Of a stretch of DNA of 26,131 nt, positions 11,965 through 21,784 are shown piece by piece; position 1 is the first letter of the stretch; the number at the start of each line of letters is the position of its first letter. Under the pieces are notes generated by a model. The model had not been told where the DNA came from, searched no databases, and was given only the letters and a program-made list of their open reading frames with translations. The stretch comes from Fistulifera solaris (Eukaryota): contig AP026130.1 in the NCBI GenBank assembly GCA_030295235.1, positions 1,426,001 to 1,452,131 on the forward strand, written 5' to 3'. The position numbers were made by a program, and so were the translations under genes.

Positions 11965-13884
11965 CATCAATCATCAGTCATCAGTCATCAGTAATAAAAT
12001 GAGTCATTGTCATTGGTCATCATTGCATTCTTTTTTTCGTATGCATTAAAGCCGAAAACACCTAAAAACTAAAAATTACTCTATCAGACATCCAGACGCC
12101 AGACGTCGGGAAGGACGTTAAAATTCTGCTTCTCAGTACAAGTTTCTACGTAGAGCCTACGGCGAGGCTGAATTTTAACGTCGTTTCCACGTATCAAAAA
12201 GTCAAGTCGGCAATCCGCACGTCTTCGCTTGTCGCTTGTCGCTCGTCGCTCAAAGAATAACAATGGTGCCAGTATAATCTCTCTATCTCTAGAGATAGGA
12301 CGACTCTTCTAGAGAGAAAGAATCTTACGAGAAAAGAACACAAAAGAGTCTATTTTTGGAAAAGCCTTTGGTCATTGTCGTCTTGTGTCGAATTCGACCG
12401 GTAAGCCTTAGAGGTACAGTAGCGAAAAGTTTATGTCGATTGTCCATTATTTCCAAGACTGGATTGCAGTCACGAGAGAAGAAATTATAATAAAAAAATG
12501 ATGGCAAGCGTTTAGTGAATTCGGTATACCCGCTAATTCATCTGGTTCCAGTAGACGGTTTTTGAGTTTTAAAAAGCTTTTGTAAAACCAATACTATTGA
12601 CGTCGAATACTCGTTTGGGCTATTCGTTAACATTTTACTATAGCTACGAAGTGTATTTCGTTTTCTCCAAGACTGGGTTTCAGTCACGCGCTAATATCGC
12701 CGCTGCTGGCCGCTGCTGGCCGCTGCGTGACAAAAAAGTGCGAGGAAAGTCTTCATGTGATGACAATCGCAATGGAAAAGGAGACGATACGAACGATTGA
12801 TTGCATTGATTTTGGTTCCGCTCACCTCCAGGCTCTTGTGTCGAATAAAATGAAGAATTTTACTTGAATAAGCTTCTTAAATCCTTCCGTTCGATTTTCT
12901 GCGAGAGCAGCAGCTCCAAATTTTGTAAACATTTCAAGCCCCAGAGAGCGTTCGCAAAGTTCGGCAAGCGAAATCAATTGCCTCCTCACATATACTTAGG
13001 CCCACCCGATTTCTTGTGACAAACCCGGTTCGTAACTAGCCAAATCGTTAGCCTGAATCTTGTTGAATGGCGAACATCATAAATGGCAAACGTATAATCG
13101 CCACAACTCCGATATAGCATCGAAAAGCGGCCATGACGATAGTCCAGGATAGTTACGGCATACAACATTGCCCCGTAGCTGTGCCAATACAAGGCTTAAA
13201 GGTCGCACAGTGACAACAGACCAATGAATTGTGCTCCGTCCCATCATTTCATCCGTTCAATCCTTTCAATCGGAAGATCTTGTCAAGGAAAATTGTGGTA
13301 ACCACAGCAATCGTCCCTGTTTACGGGTAAATAATTTCCCGTGGCGGAACTTGAAATCGAATTTTTGACACGCTACGATGGACTGCCGATCTTGTCAAAT
13401 TCTTTTGTCGACAACTCCGCTTCATTTTTCCTGGATTGGTTAATCATGTCGGCTGTCTCCTCCGACAACCCGACTTGTCACAAATTTCAAGACTCATCAA
13501 ACGACAGCACGAGAACAGACCCTTACGCCAAACGAAACACTCGAATGCAAAAATATGATTCGTTTTTCTCTTCTTTCCCTGACTTTCTTCATGGCGCTCA
13601 TGTCCAACGTCGAGTCGCATGGCGGACTCATCTCACCTCGCAGTCGTAATGAGGTGGCTCGCGAGGAAGGAACAAATGTTGCCAGTCCTGGGCTTCCTGT
13701 AAAAGAATACTGCTGGCATTGCTTGAACCGCAACAATGGTATTTGCGGAAAGGTTGACGGAAACGATTACGACGAATGGCTCGACTCGTCCGGAAACCCG
13801 ATGCCTTGGAAGCCGGAGGCAATTTACCAACGCGGCGAGATGATTAACATTGAAACTGAAATCACGGCTCACCACTGGGGGCAC
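11965..13884 (+). repeat. Tandem segmental duplication, copy 2
   Basis: Colinear with 10190-11913 and continues into the complete LPMO gene. The left boundary is approximate. Confidence 0.9.
12114..12182. repeat. Inverted repeat / hairpin with 19-bp arms (13 bp perfect)
   Basis: GACGTTAAAATTCTGCTTC ... GAGGCTGAATTTTAACGTC, with an internal CTACGTAG palindrome. No counterpart is visible in duplication copy 1. Confidence 0.7.
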
Positions 13885-14888
13885 ATTGAGCTCCGCGCCT
13901 GTCCCAATGGTCGCCAGTCCACGCAGAGCTGTCTGGATTCTCATCCGTTGGAGTTCGTGCAGGACGTGAATTATGCAATGCCTCAGGATCCGAAATTTCC
14001 AGATCGAGGATATCTTGCGGATCGATACCGTTCGTATAACATGAAGTTTCGCTTGCCCAGCAACTTGGTGGGAGATCAAGTTCTTCTTCAGGTACGTCGT
14101 CGTAGTTATTGCTCATGATACTACCAACCGGAACTAGCTCACGAGCTTCGTTTAACACGTCGACTGAACAGTGGCGCTACATCACGTCAAACTCGTAAGT
14201 ATTCGTGTACTAGATGAACATCCATCTTTTGTCTAATCTGATTCTCAAATTCCTTCCCTTTGCTTTCATTTATTTTTCAGTTGTCTTCCTCCAGGATATG
14301 TCGACTACTATACAAACATTCCGAACGATGTTGGCCGCAGCAACCTGCGTTTGAGAGAGTGCTCGCTCCCTTATTCAAATGATGGCCTTGGCTATCCTGA
14401 ACAGTTCTGGAACTGTGCTGAAAGTAGGTAGACACAATTCACACAACGAGGATAATGTCACACAAAACTTCCTAACAACGCTAAAAAATCCCTCCTTTTT
14501 TGCAGTTTCAGTGATTGATGGATCCGGAGGCTCGACGCTTCCTCGTACGCCAGTCAAAGCTCCTACAAAAGTCACCACACCGGTAGTAGCTCCAACGCAG
14601 TCACCTTCAGCGAGCCCAGAGAAAAGAGCCGTCGAGTTTCCTGACAGTGTGAGCGACAAAGGTTGCTGTTCGTTCGATTTCAAGAATTGTATCACGAACT
14701 CGTATTGGTGTGGAACGACGAAATCGGATTGCCTGAGTTGTGAATCCAAAATGAACTGGCTTCCGAGCGGCGCCCTTGACGATCAGAGTTGCGCTGCCCG
14801 CTACCAGACTTGCACCGATCAAGCATGTTGCCCTGGATTGATTTGCGAATATAAAAACGCCTTCTATTCGCAGTGCAATGCTCCTTAA
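13555..14888 (+). CDS. Secreted copper-dependent lytic polysaccharide monooxygenase (AA15/AA10-like) with P/T/S linker, Cys-rich module and C-terminal CBM1-like domain; 4 exons, 361 aa
   Basis: Exons 13555-14091, 14172-14194, 14281-14423 and 14506-14888 are all GT-AG bounded and total 1086 nt in frame. The signal peptide ends VES|H, placing His1 at the mature N-terminus. The second His lies in ITAHHWGHIELRAC, and spliced VLLQWRYITSNSC and PEQFWNCAEI match LPMO C-terminal strands. The tail CCPGLICEYKNAFYSQC resembles CBM1 (N.YYSQC). Confidence 0.9.
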
Positions 14889-15081
14889 GATTGTGATTCC
14901 CTGTGATTGATTTGGCACGAACCGCTCCCAAAGCATATTTCTTGGTAGCCAAATAAGTGTTCTATAAAAGCAGTCACTATTTAGTGAACACGTAAAAGGT
15001 AGGGTTTCTTTTCGCCAAGCGCAAAGCCAACTACTATTGCGAGAAAAATTGCATTCAAAGTTGATGATATATTATTATTAA

Positions 15082-15602
15082 TTAAAAACTATGAATGAGA
15101 TCATCGTTGAAGGACGATGCAAAGTTCATGCAATGCGAGCCGTTTACGAGAGCCGATAAAAGTATGCCGTCTTCTATCGAGTTGCTGTAACCCATATGGA
15201 TACAAGTGATATGAATTAAACTTTCTGAGGACGACGACGTCCACGCGTTTTCGATTTTGGCGGAGCACCAGACATGACCGCAATTTCTCTCGAGTCGGTA
15301 GTCATACAAGTGAGTTCATCTGGTTCGAAGCCGAATGAGACGGCGCTATCGTTCATAAACGAGTCATTCATCTTTCCCAAAGCTGCTCCGAGCGAAGGCT
15401 TTGTCGAGTGGCTGGTCGTTTTGCGGCCGCCTCGTTTGCTAGAGGGCTTAACAGGATTGGAGACGCCCTTGTCGAGTTGCGGCCCTAAAGAATCATTTGT
15501 CACTATCGACTCATCGCTTGCATGAATACGAGGGCCTTTTCTGTGGTTCTCTACGAAGTAATCAAGCGACATGGAGGAGTTGTTGTTTACCGCAAAGTTC
15601 AT
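15082..15602 (-). CDS. Small hypothetical low-complexity protein
   Basis: ATG at 15602 (MNFAVNNNSSMSLDYF...) is open to 15216. A frameshift near 15222 may continue it into ORF 15082-15309 (...MNFASSFNDDLIHSF*). No family recognised. Confidence 0.45.
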
Positions 15603-16281
15603 TGTGAATGTAGTAACGACTGGAACTAAATAGTCGTTTCTTGTTGCTTTTGGTTGTTGTTGTTTTTGTTTTTCATTGCTTCGTGAGTTGGGTTTCTCGT
15701 CCGTTCTCGACACTCAAAATCGGTATCGTGAAGGGCGAAAAGCGCTAAGTAGAAAATATTAGTTGTGAAAGTCATTTCAGCTTTACTGGCTTACGGCGTC
15801 TTAATCACTGGGTCATTTGTCATTTGATAATCTAAAAGTACTACAGTAGTACATACACTAACTAAACAGGAAACCAAGACTGTTACTATATTGCCTCAGT
15901 CCCATTACGATCAGGAGTTTGTCTAATAGAACTCAATCAACCATACAAAAACTGTCCATCTATTTCTTTCTACTTATTGCTACTTAAGCCCGTGACCTCT
16001 ATCTCGAAAAACCGTTATCCCTTAACCCTTACTGTGCATCTTCAATTTTCGTCTCCGTTTTCTTTTGGCCTCACGTCTTAAACCGTGCGTACGTCGAAGC
16101 TCGTAGGCCCCAAAAGAGGCCTTTTCTGAATAGCCACTGCAATCCGCAACCGACCGCCGCGTCTTTTTTTCGATGTTGCGTCGCTGTTGCGTCGACGACG
16201 ATCGACGACCATCGACAATGCTCCTTCCTTTCGATTATTATTTCATTCTTTCTCAATCGAAAACTTCATCAATAAGCAAAG

Positions 16282-18279
16282 ATGGAAGCAATATCTTTAA
16301 CTGGTGCTACGATGGTCTCCAACAGCCCCACAGACCCTTTAGCTTCGCTTTTCGAAGGCACCGATAATTCGAACGGCGTCTCCGGAGCAACTTCTCCCGA
16401 TGCATGGCTTCATCCTGCTGTGGAAATGACAGCAACGGCTATAGCAGGACAAAGTAATCATCATCATCATGAAGATTGCTGTCACAATAAGCCAGCGCCG
16501 ATTCTCTGGCAGCCAGCACTGCATTTGCAAACCTCCCGCAGAAACTTGTAGCATCGTCATCGAGCGAAGACATTCTCAAAGTCGTCTGGCAGTTAATTCG
16601 ATTCGGAACTTTTGCGCAGTTTAAACAAGTCATTGATGCGTGGAGTCAACAGAAAGAAAACGAAGGTGAAACAGCGCCACAGGAAAGCGTTCATGCAATT
16701 GTACGCGAATGTCGTGGTCCGGCAGGGCACACTCTTTTGCATTGGGCTACAAAGCGATTTGATGACATTCAGTTTGTTCGCTTTTTTGGTTCAAACGGCT
16801 AGATGCGATAATCTACCTGCAGCAGACAGCACGCAAATGACTCCGCTTCACTGGGCTTGCACGCTTCCTTTCGATCAAGTGACGGAGATGCTGGATATTT
16901 TTCTGCAACAATTTCCAAAACAGATCGAAGCAAAAGATTCCACCGGTTGCACTCCACTGTTAATTGCAGCACAGCACGGACAAGTTGAGATTGTGGCGTA
17001 CTTATTCTATAAAGGTGCAAGTTTGCAGGCTACGGATCATCACGGGGACTCGGCGGTGCACTGGGCGGCTTACAAAGGCAGTGATACTGTTTTGGGATTA
17101 TTGGCCTACTTTGATCAAACGCGACATTGGTGGACTTCACCTGATAACTACGGTCAAATGCCGCTTCATTTGGCGGCTTTGAGGGGTCATGTGCGAACCT
17201 GCCGCTTCATTCTGAAGCAAGTCGCCGATCCGGCCTTGTGCTTGCAACACAAAGACACCAATCAACGAACACCGCTCGAACTTGCTAGACACAAAGAACA
17301 GGCTGCAGTTGTTGTCTTCTTGCATCGTGCGCAAGTGCCACGACATGTGTGGCTGCGTCAGAAATCTGTGAATTGGTGGGCTTCGAAAGCAAGGCAGTGG
17401 TTGCAGACCTTCTTCTCGAGGCACGAATGGCAAATATGGCTGGGGTTGGCGCCAAGCGATCAAGATGAATCGCCTCTCTTCCCATACTATTATGTCATGG
17501 CGCACTGTTTCCTCAATGTGATGTTCTATTTTTCGGTTTTCATGCCGCTTTTTCACACGGAGCGTGGGATTCTGTGGGACTGGATGGGCGGGCACATTGT
17601 CAATGCGCTTCTGATGGCTTCCTGCATCTATTTTTATTTTCGAACCACTTATACCGACCCGGGAAAATTGACCCAGAGACATTCTCGAGTTCAGTATTGG
17701 CGTGATTTGTATGGAAAGACACTGGAGAGCTACGCCACGCAACCGAAAGCCAAGCGGCCTCAATTGTGCCATTCCTGCCACATTGCACGCCCGCCCCGTT
17801 CAAAACACGATCGCTACACCAACGCATGTATTGAGGTGTTTGACCACCATTGCCCCTTTGTTGGTGCTAGCGTGGGTCTCTACAACTATCGATTCTTCTT
17901 TCTGTTTTGCTTGACAATGATGCTATACTTTGTCGGATTCTGGATCATGTTACTGACTTGGTGGTTCCGTGTTGACAATCCGCCTGTTTCCACATTACTG
18001 TTTGGGATGTTCTTGGGTGTACATGGAGGGTTTCCGGCAGGCATGATTGTGTATCACGTTCAGCTCATTGCGGCAAATCTAACGACGAATGAACACATTG
18101 GTACCACCAAGTATGATTACTTGTGGCAAGTCAAAGATGGGATGAGAAAATACAACAATCCATGGGACAAGGGGTTTTGGGAAAACATCCATGATAGATT
18201 TTTCCCGAGTGCATCGTCCTATCACGTGGACACAGAATCAGAGATGCAGTTGTTGATGGCAACAGAGGAGACTGTTTGA
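16282..18279 (+). CDS. Ankyrin-repeat DHHC protein S-acyltransferase (Akr1/ZDHHC13/17/TIP1-like); 2 apparent frameshifts in the 5' part
   Basis: Ankyrin motifs GHTLLHWA (in an alternative frame at ~16725), TPLHWAC, TPLLIAA, SAVHWAA, MPLHLAA and TPLELA. TM helices are followed by TDPG, CHSC...DHHCPFVG...NYRFF, NLTTNE and NPWDKG. Frameshifts lie between 16490-16548 and at the T6 run 16772-16777. Confidence 0.92.
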
Positions 18280-18625
18280 GGTTTAGGCTTTTTCAAAAAT
18301 TGTGCATGCGTCGTGACAGTTTTAAAATGATAGGTAGCAAAGTTGACATCATGGCAAAATTTTTGATAAAAGGGTATATGTAGGCGTCGTTGATGTCATG
18401 GGTTGCAGCATCACAGCTTAGATTTTGAATGAAACAAGTTCTGGTTCTTAATAAGCAACTAAGGTAATGAATGAAAGTTGGTTCAATCTAAATATTTTCT
18501 GTTGTTTCACCATACAACGGCATTGCGCCATGGTCGACTTTGACTTCGAGCGTTGTGCTTGGTACGCTTGACAATCTTTGGAATTCGTCTATGCAGCGTC
18601 CATCGTCTTGCTCGTTCGTTTGGAA

Positions 18626-19207
18626 TTTCTTGGAATGAATCTTTGGAAATCGTATGTCCGTTGTTCTAGCATTCTCTTTCGTTGTTTTTTTGTTTTTCGA
18701 TTATCAAAAGACGAAAACGCATGACCGCGCAATGGCGATGGCGTGCATCCAGCGTCAAGATGATAATATCAGCACTATGAAAGAGCTTCTGTCTCTCTTT
18801 TCTTTCTACAATGTATAATATGATTTATTACATTATACTACGAAAGATTTTGTTAGAAACGCGCCAGTGTCTTTTCTCCAGTGATGCCGAAGAGCGTTAA
18901 AATACACTGCCGACCATAGGGTTCAAATATTGTCGTCCGGGGGCCACTTTTCTCAAGTTTTAAGAGTTTCTTGGAATGAAGTCTACGTCATGCCACGATT
19001 TGGATTATCTTTGGTAATTGTATGTCTGTTGTTCTAGCATTTTTGTTTGTCAGTAGTTGCTTTTCATTTTTTGGTTATCAAAAGACAAAAGGCAGCGTGG
19101 CCTTTACAGCAACAATGAGCATCCATCTGTGTCAAGATGACAATATCAGCATCATGAAAGAGCTTTTGTCTTTCTTTTCTTTCTACAATTCATAATATGA
19201 TTTATTA
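18626..19207 (+). repeat. Diverged direct repeat of ~205-240 bp (copies 18626-18830 and 18967-19207)
   Basis: Shared TTTCTTGGAATGAA, GTTGTTCTAGCATT, TTATCAAAAGAC, GTCAAGATGA.AATATCAGCA, ATGAAAGAGCTT and TTTCTTTCTACAAT...ATAATATGATTTATTA. Confidence 0.85.
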
Positions 19208-20130
19208 GAGCAGTCACTATCTCCTGTTTTTGTAGAAACTCGGTTCATTCTTCAAAATTGAAATGAAAATGCCCCATAACCCATTTTTTGTCAAAATATT
19301 GGTCGTCACTATCTCCCAACGGCGAAAGAAACAATCAGACATGTCGTAGCTATTCTGAAAGTATTGTCCAATGTTCATCCACCCCCTTCTCAAATCTGAA
19401 TGGAAACACGCATTTCCATTGATCACAAAAAACATGAAGTCGAAGAGTCGCGCAAATTGTTAAAAGCATCAGAAGAGGAGGAGGATGATTACAAATTATT
19501 TGCAGCTGCACAACAATCTATTCAAGCACAAGCTATGATTATTGATGAGCTTGCCGCGCCTTCGGAAGATGCAGAAATGGGCAAAGATGACAATCGGAAG
19601 CTTCCACGGAGAAAGCGTCGCATTTTTAATGCTGCCAAAGTTTTGCAAATGATTTATCACCATTATACCGGTCCAACTCCTCTTTTTGATGACAGACATT
19701 TCGCAACAATGTTTCGCATTTCCCGCCAGCGATTTCAATGCAAGATGGAGGATTTTGCGGCATCGGAAATTCCTTATTTTCAGCTGACGCTTCCGACGAA
19801 TTCGCCCGTCGTTGAAAGCAAAGCTTCTCTATTCATTGAAGACCCTGGCTTTTGGCGCTTCAGTTCATCAATTCTCAGACTACTTTGAGATGTTGGTAGA
19901 GGCATGCAGACAGTGTCTATTTCAGTTCGACGGCGCCATGCGCAGAATTTATACTGCTGAGTACCTTTGACACCCCACCGCCGATGACCTTGCCTCCATC
20001 ACTTCAACTACATAAGAGAGTACACCATGTTGATGGCATGTTCTGCAGTCTTGATTGTACCCACATTGTGTGAAAAACTGCCCAAAAGCTTGACAGGGCT
20101 TGTACAAAGGCAAAGAAAAGAAGTGCACCA
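19208..20130 (+). mobile_element. Degenerate, 3'-truncated PIF/Harbinger (Pong-like) DNA transposon with a DDE transposase pseudogene from 19400
   Basis: Translation across frames gives PLFDDRHFATMFRISRQRF, KTLAFG...FSDYFEM, EYL*HPTADDL, GMFCSLDCTH..(W)KNCPKA*QGLYKGKEK. This matches the GMLGSIDCMHW.WKNCP.AWQG.Y motif of Plant_tran/HARBI1-type transposases. The element begins TTA|GAGCA, consistent with a TTA target and a GAGCA-type terminus. It contains stops and frameshifts, and no right end was found. Confidence 0.85.
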
Positions 20131-20196
20131 TGTGTTTTTGTCATGCGTCGTTTCGCTACCCTGGAACCGTAAGCGGCAAAAGTATCCTTCAGTTTT

Positions 20197-20882
20197 AACT
20201 TACACTTTTGAAAACTTACGCTTTTGCACACTTACGGCTTTTGCAAACTTATGCTTGTGCTTATGAAAACTTACACTTTTGAACACTTACGCTTTTTGAA
20301 AACTTACGGCTTTTGAATACTTACTCTTTAGCAAACTTACGCTTTTTGAAAACTTACGGCTTTTGAACACTTACACTTTTGAAAACTTGCGCCTTTGAAA
20401 AGTTCGCTTTTGCACACTAACACTTTGGAAAACTTACGGCTTTTGAATACTTACGGCTTTAGCAAACTTACGGCTTTTTGAATACTTACGCTTTAGCAAA
20501 CTTACGCTTTTGAAATTTTACGGCTTTTTGAATACTTACGGCTTTTGCAAACTTACACTTGTGCTTTTGAAAACTTACGGTTTTGCACACTTACGCTTTT
20601 GAAAACTTACACTTTTGAATACTTACACTTTTGAAAATTTACGGCTTTTTGAATACTTACGCTTTTTGAAAACTTACGCTTTGATAACTTAAAGCCTTTG
20701 CACACTTCCGGCTTTTTGAAAACTTACGGCTTTTTGCGCCGGCTTTTTGAAAACTTACGGCTTTTGAAAACTTACACTTTTGCAAACTTATGCCTTTGCA
20801 CACTTACGCTTTTGCACACTAACGCTTTGGAAAACTTACGGCTTTTGCACACTTATGCTTTTGAAAACTTATGCTTTTGAAA
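20197..20882 (+). repeat. Minisatellite with a 16-17 bp unit, consensus A(A/C/T)ACTTAC(G)GCTTTTG(A/C), roughly 40 copies
   Basis: Continuous head-to-tail variants such as AAAACTTACGCTTTTG, ACACTTACGGCTTTTG and ATACTTACGCTTTAGC, with no unique spacers. Confidence 0.95.
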
Positions 20883-20969
20883 GCATTTTTCACATTAGCG
20901 GAATTTTCCACTGTTTTTCTCTTTTGTCACAAATATTTTGATCCGACCTGGCACTTTGCTGAGTAAGTT

Positions 20970-21287
20970 TTAGGACATGAGAGCCCTAGTGCTAGTAGAG
21001 GGCAAGTCCAGAGCCCGTTCCCAATTAGGGGGGAATCGTCTTGGCATTCCTTCTCTTGGATTCCGGGGAAGCATGCTAACCGACCGAACCAGGGAAAGAC
21101 TCATCCGCGCTCTTATGAACCCACAAATCTTTGAGTAAAATGGCTTGTTCCACTTCCGCTGAAGTTTCCTTGCAAGTTGTCTCAATGCTGAAATAGCTTG
21201 CTGTACCATCATACTGTCAATGGAGAAGACCAAGGAAGTGAAATCACGTCCATACAAGCTCTGCTTTTCACGCTCTTGAGAAGCCAA
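20970..21287 (-). mobile_element. C-terminal fragment of a CRE-like non-LTR retrotransposon ORF (end of a restriction-like endonuclease domain), degenerate
   Basis: EREK...RDFTSLVFSIDSMM..QA...LRQLARKLQRKWNKP.YSKICGFIRARMSLSLVRSVSM.PR resembles the E.EK..KY...FTPLVFS.DG....A.....LA..L..KW...YS.....VRARMS..L.R......R terminus of RLE retroelements of algae and invertebrates. Recognised by eye only. Confidence 0.65.
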
Positions 21288-21288
21288 A

Positions 21289-21301
21289 GGTTAGGGTTAG
21301 G
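21289..21301 (+). repeat. Short interstitial telomeric tract GGTTAGGGTTAGG
   Basis: Same motif and strand as the terminal telomere, located at the point where the retroelement ORF fragment breaks off. Confidence 0.65.
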
Positions 21302-21557
21302 AATTTGGGAATTGGGATATGGAACCTGGAACCTGGAAAAGGAAAGCGTAGAAGTAGGAAGTAGGAATAAGAGAAGTGAAAATGTAGGAAGTAGGAATAG
21401 AAGAAATAGGAATTTAGGTAGAACTAGAGGTAGGGAAAAAGGAGAAATAGGAACAGAAGGGAAGTAGGAGAATGTAGGGGAAGAAGGAAAAGGAAGGGGA
21501 GGGAAGGGGGGAGATAAGGAAAAGAGGAAGGGAGGGGAAAGGAGGAGAAAAGGGAGT
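21302..21557 (+). repeat. Purine-rich low-complexity tract (GGAAGTA-like heptamers, then G/A runs)
   Basis: GGAACCTGGAACCTGG, GAAGTAGGAAGTAGG and long A/G-only stretches. 21505-21542 is repeated exactly at 22310-22347. Confidence 0.85.
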
Positions 21558-21708
21558 GTTTCGGGTTTTGAGAACCAGTGTGACGGTTTTGCAGTTGAAA
21601 GAAAATTGAGTACCGGTGTGCTGCGATTGTCGCAGTCTGTCTGTCACTCGGCATAGAACACGGAGAGAAAAAGGAGTACCGGTAGGATACCAATGACGCG
21701 GACGTCTG

Positions 21709-21784
21709 TCTGTCACCCCTTCATGAATATTCTCATTGCGATGCAATCTGTCACCCCTTCATGAATATTCTCATTGCGATGCAA
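21709..21784 (+). repeat. Perfect 38-bp tandem duplication
   Basis: TCTGTCACCCCTTCATGAATATTCTCATTGCGATGCAA at 21709-21746 and 21747-21784. Confidence 0.95.

Noticed and set aside
16018..16032. CCCTTAACCCTTAC as an interstitial telomere
   Set aside because: It does not match CCCTAA units, is too short, and lies in an ordinary divergent promoter region.
19960..20100. TGA at Trp/Arg positions of the transposase, suggesting stop-codon recoding
   Set aside because: The same region also has frameshifts and is truncated, and neighbouring genes use TGA as stop and TGG for Trp. Ordinary decay explains it.
20197..20882. CRISPR-like array
   Set aside because: Units are head-to-tail with no unique spacers, there are no cas genes, and the context is eukaryotic. 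It is a minisatellite, and ORF 20698-20880 is an artefact of it.
21198..21746. ORFs over the purine-rich tract (21198-21467, 21414-21746, 21424-21693)
   Set aside because: They are low-complexity translations of simple sequence.
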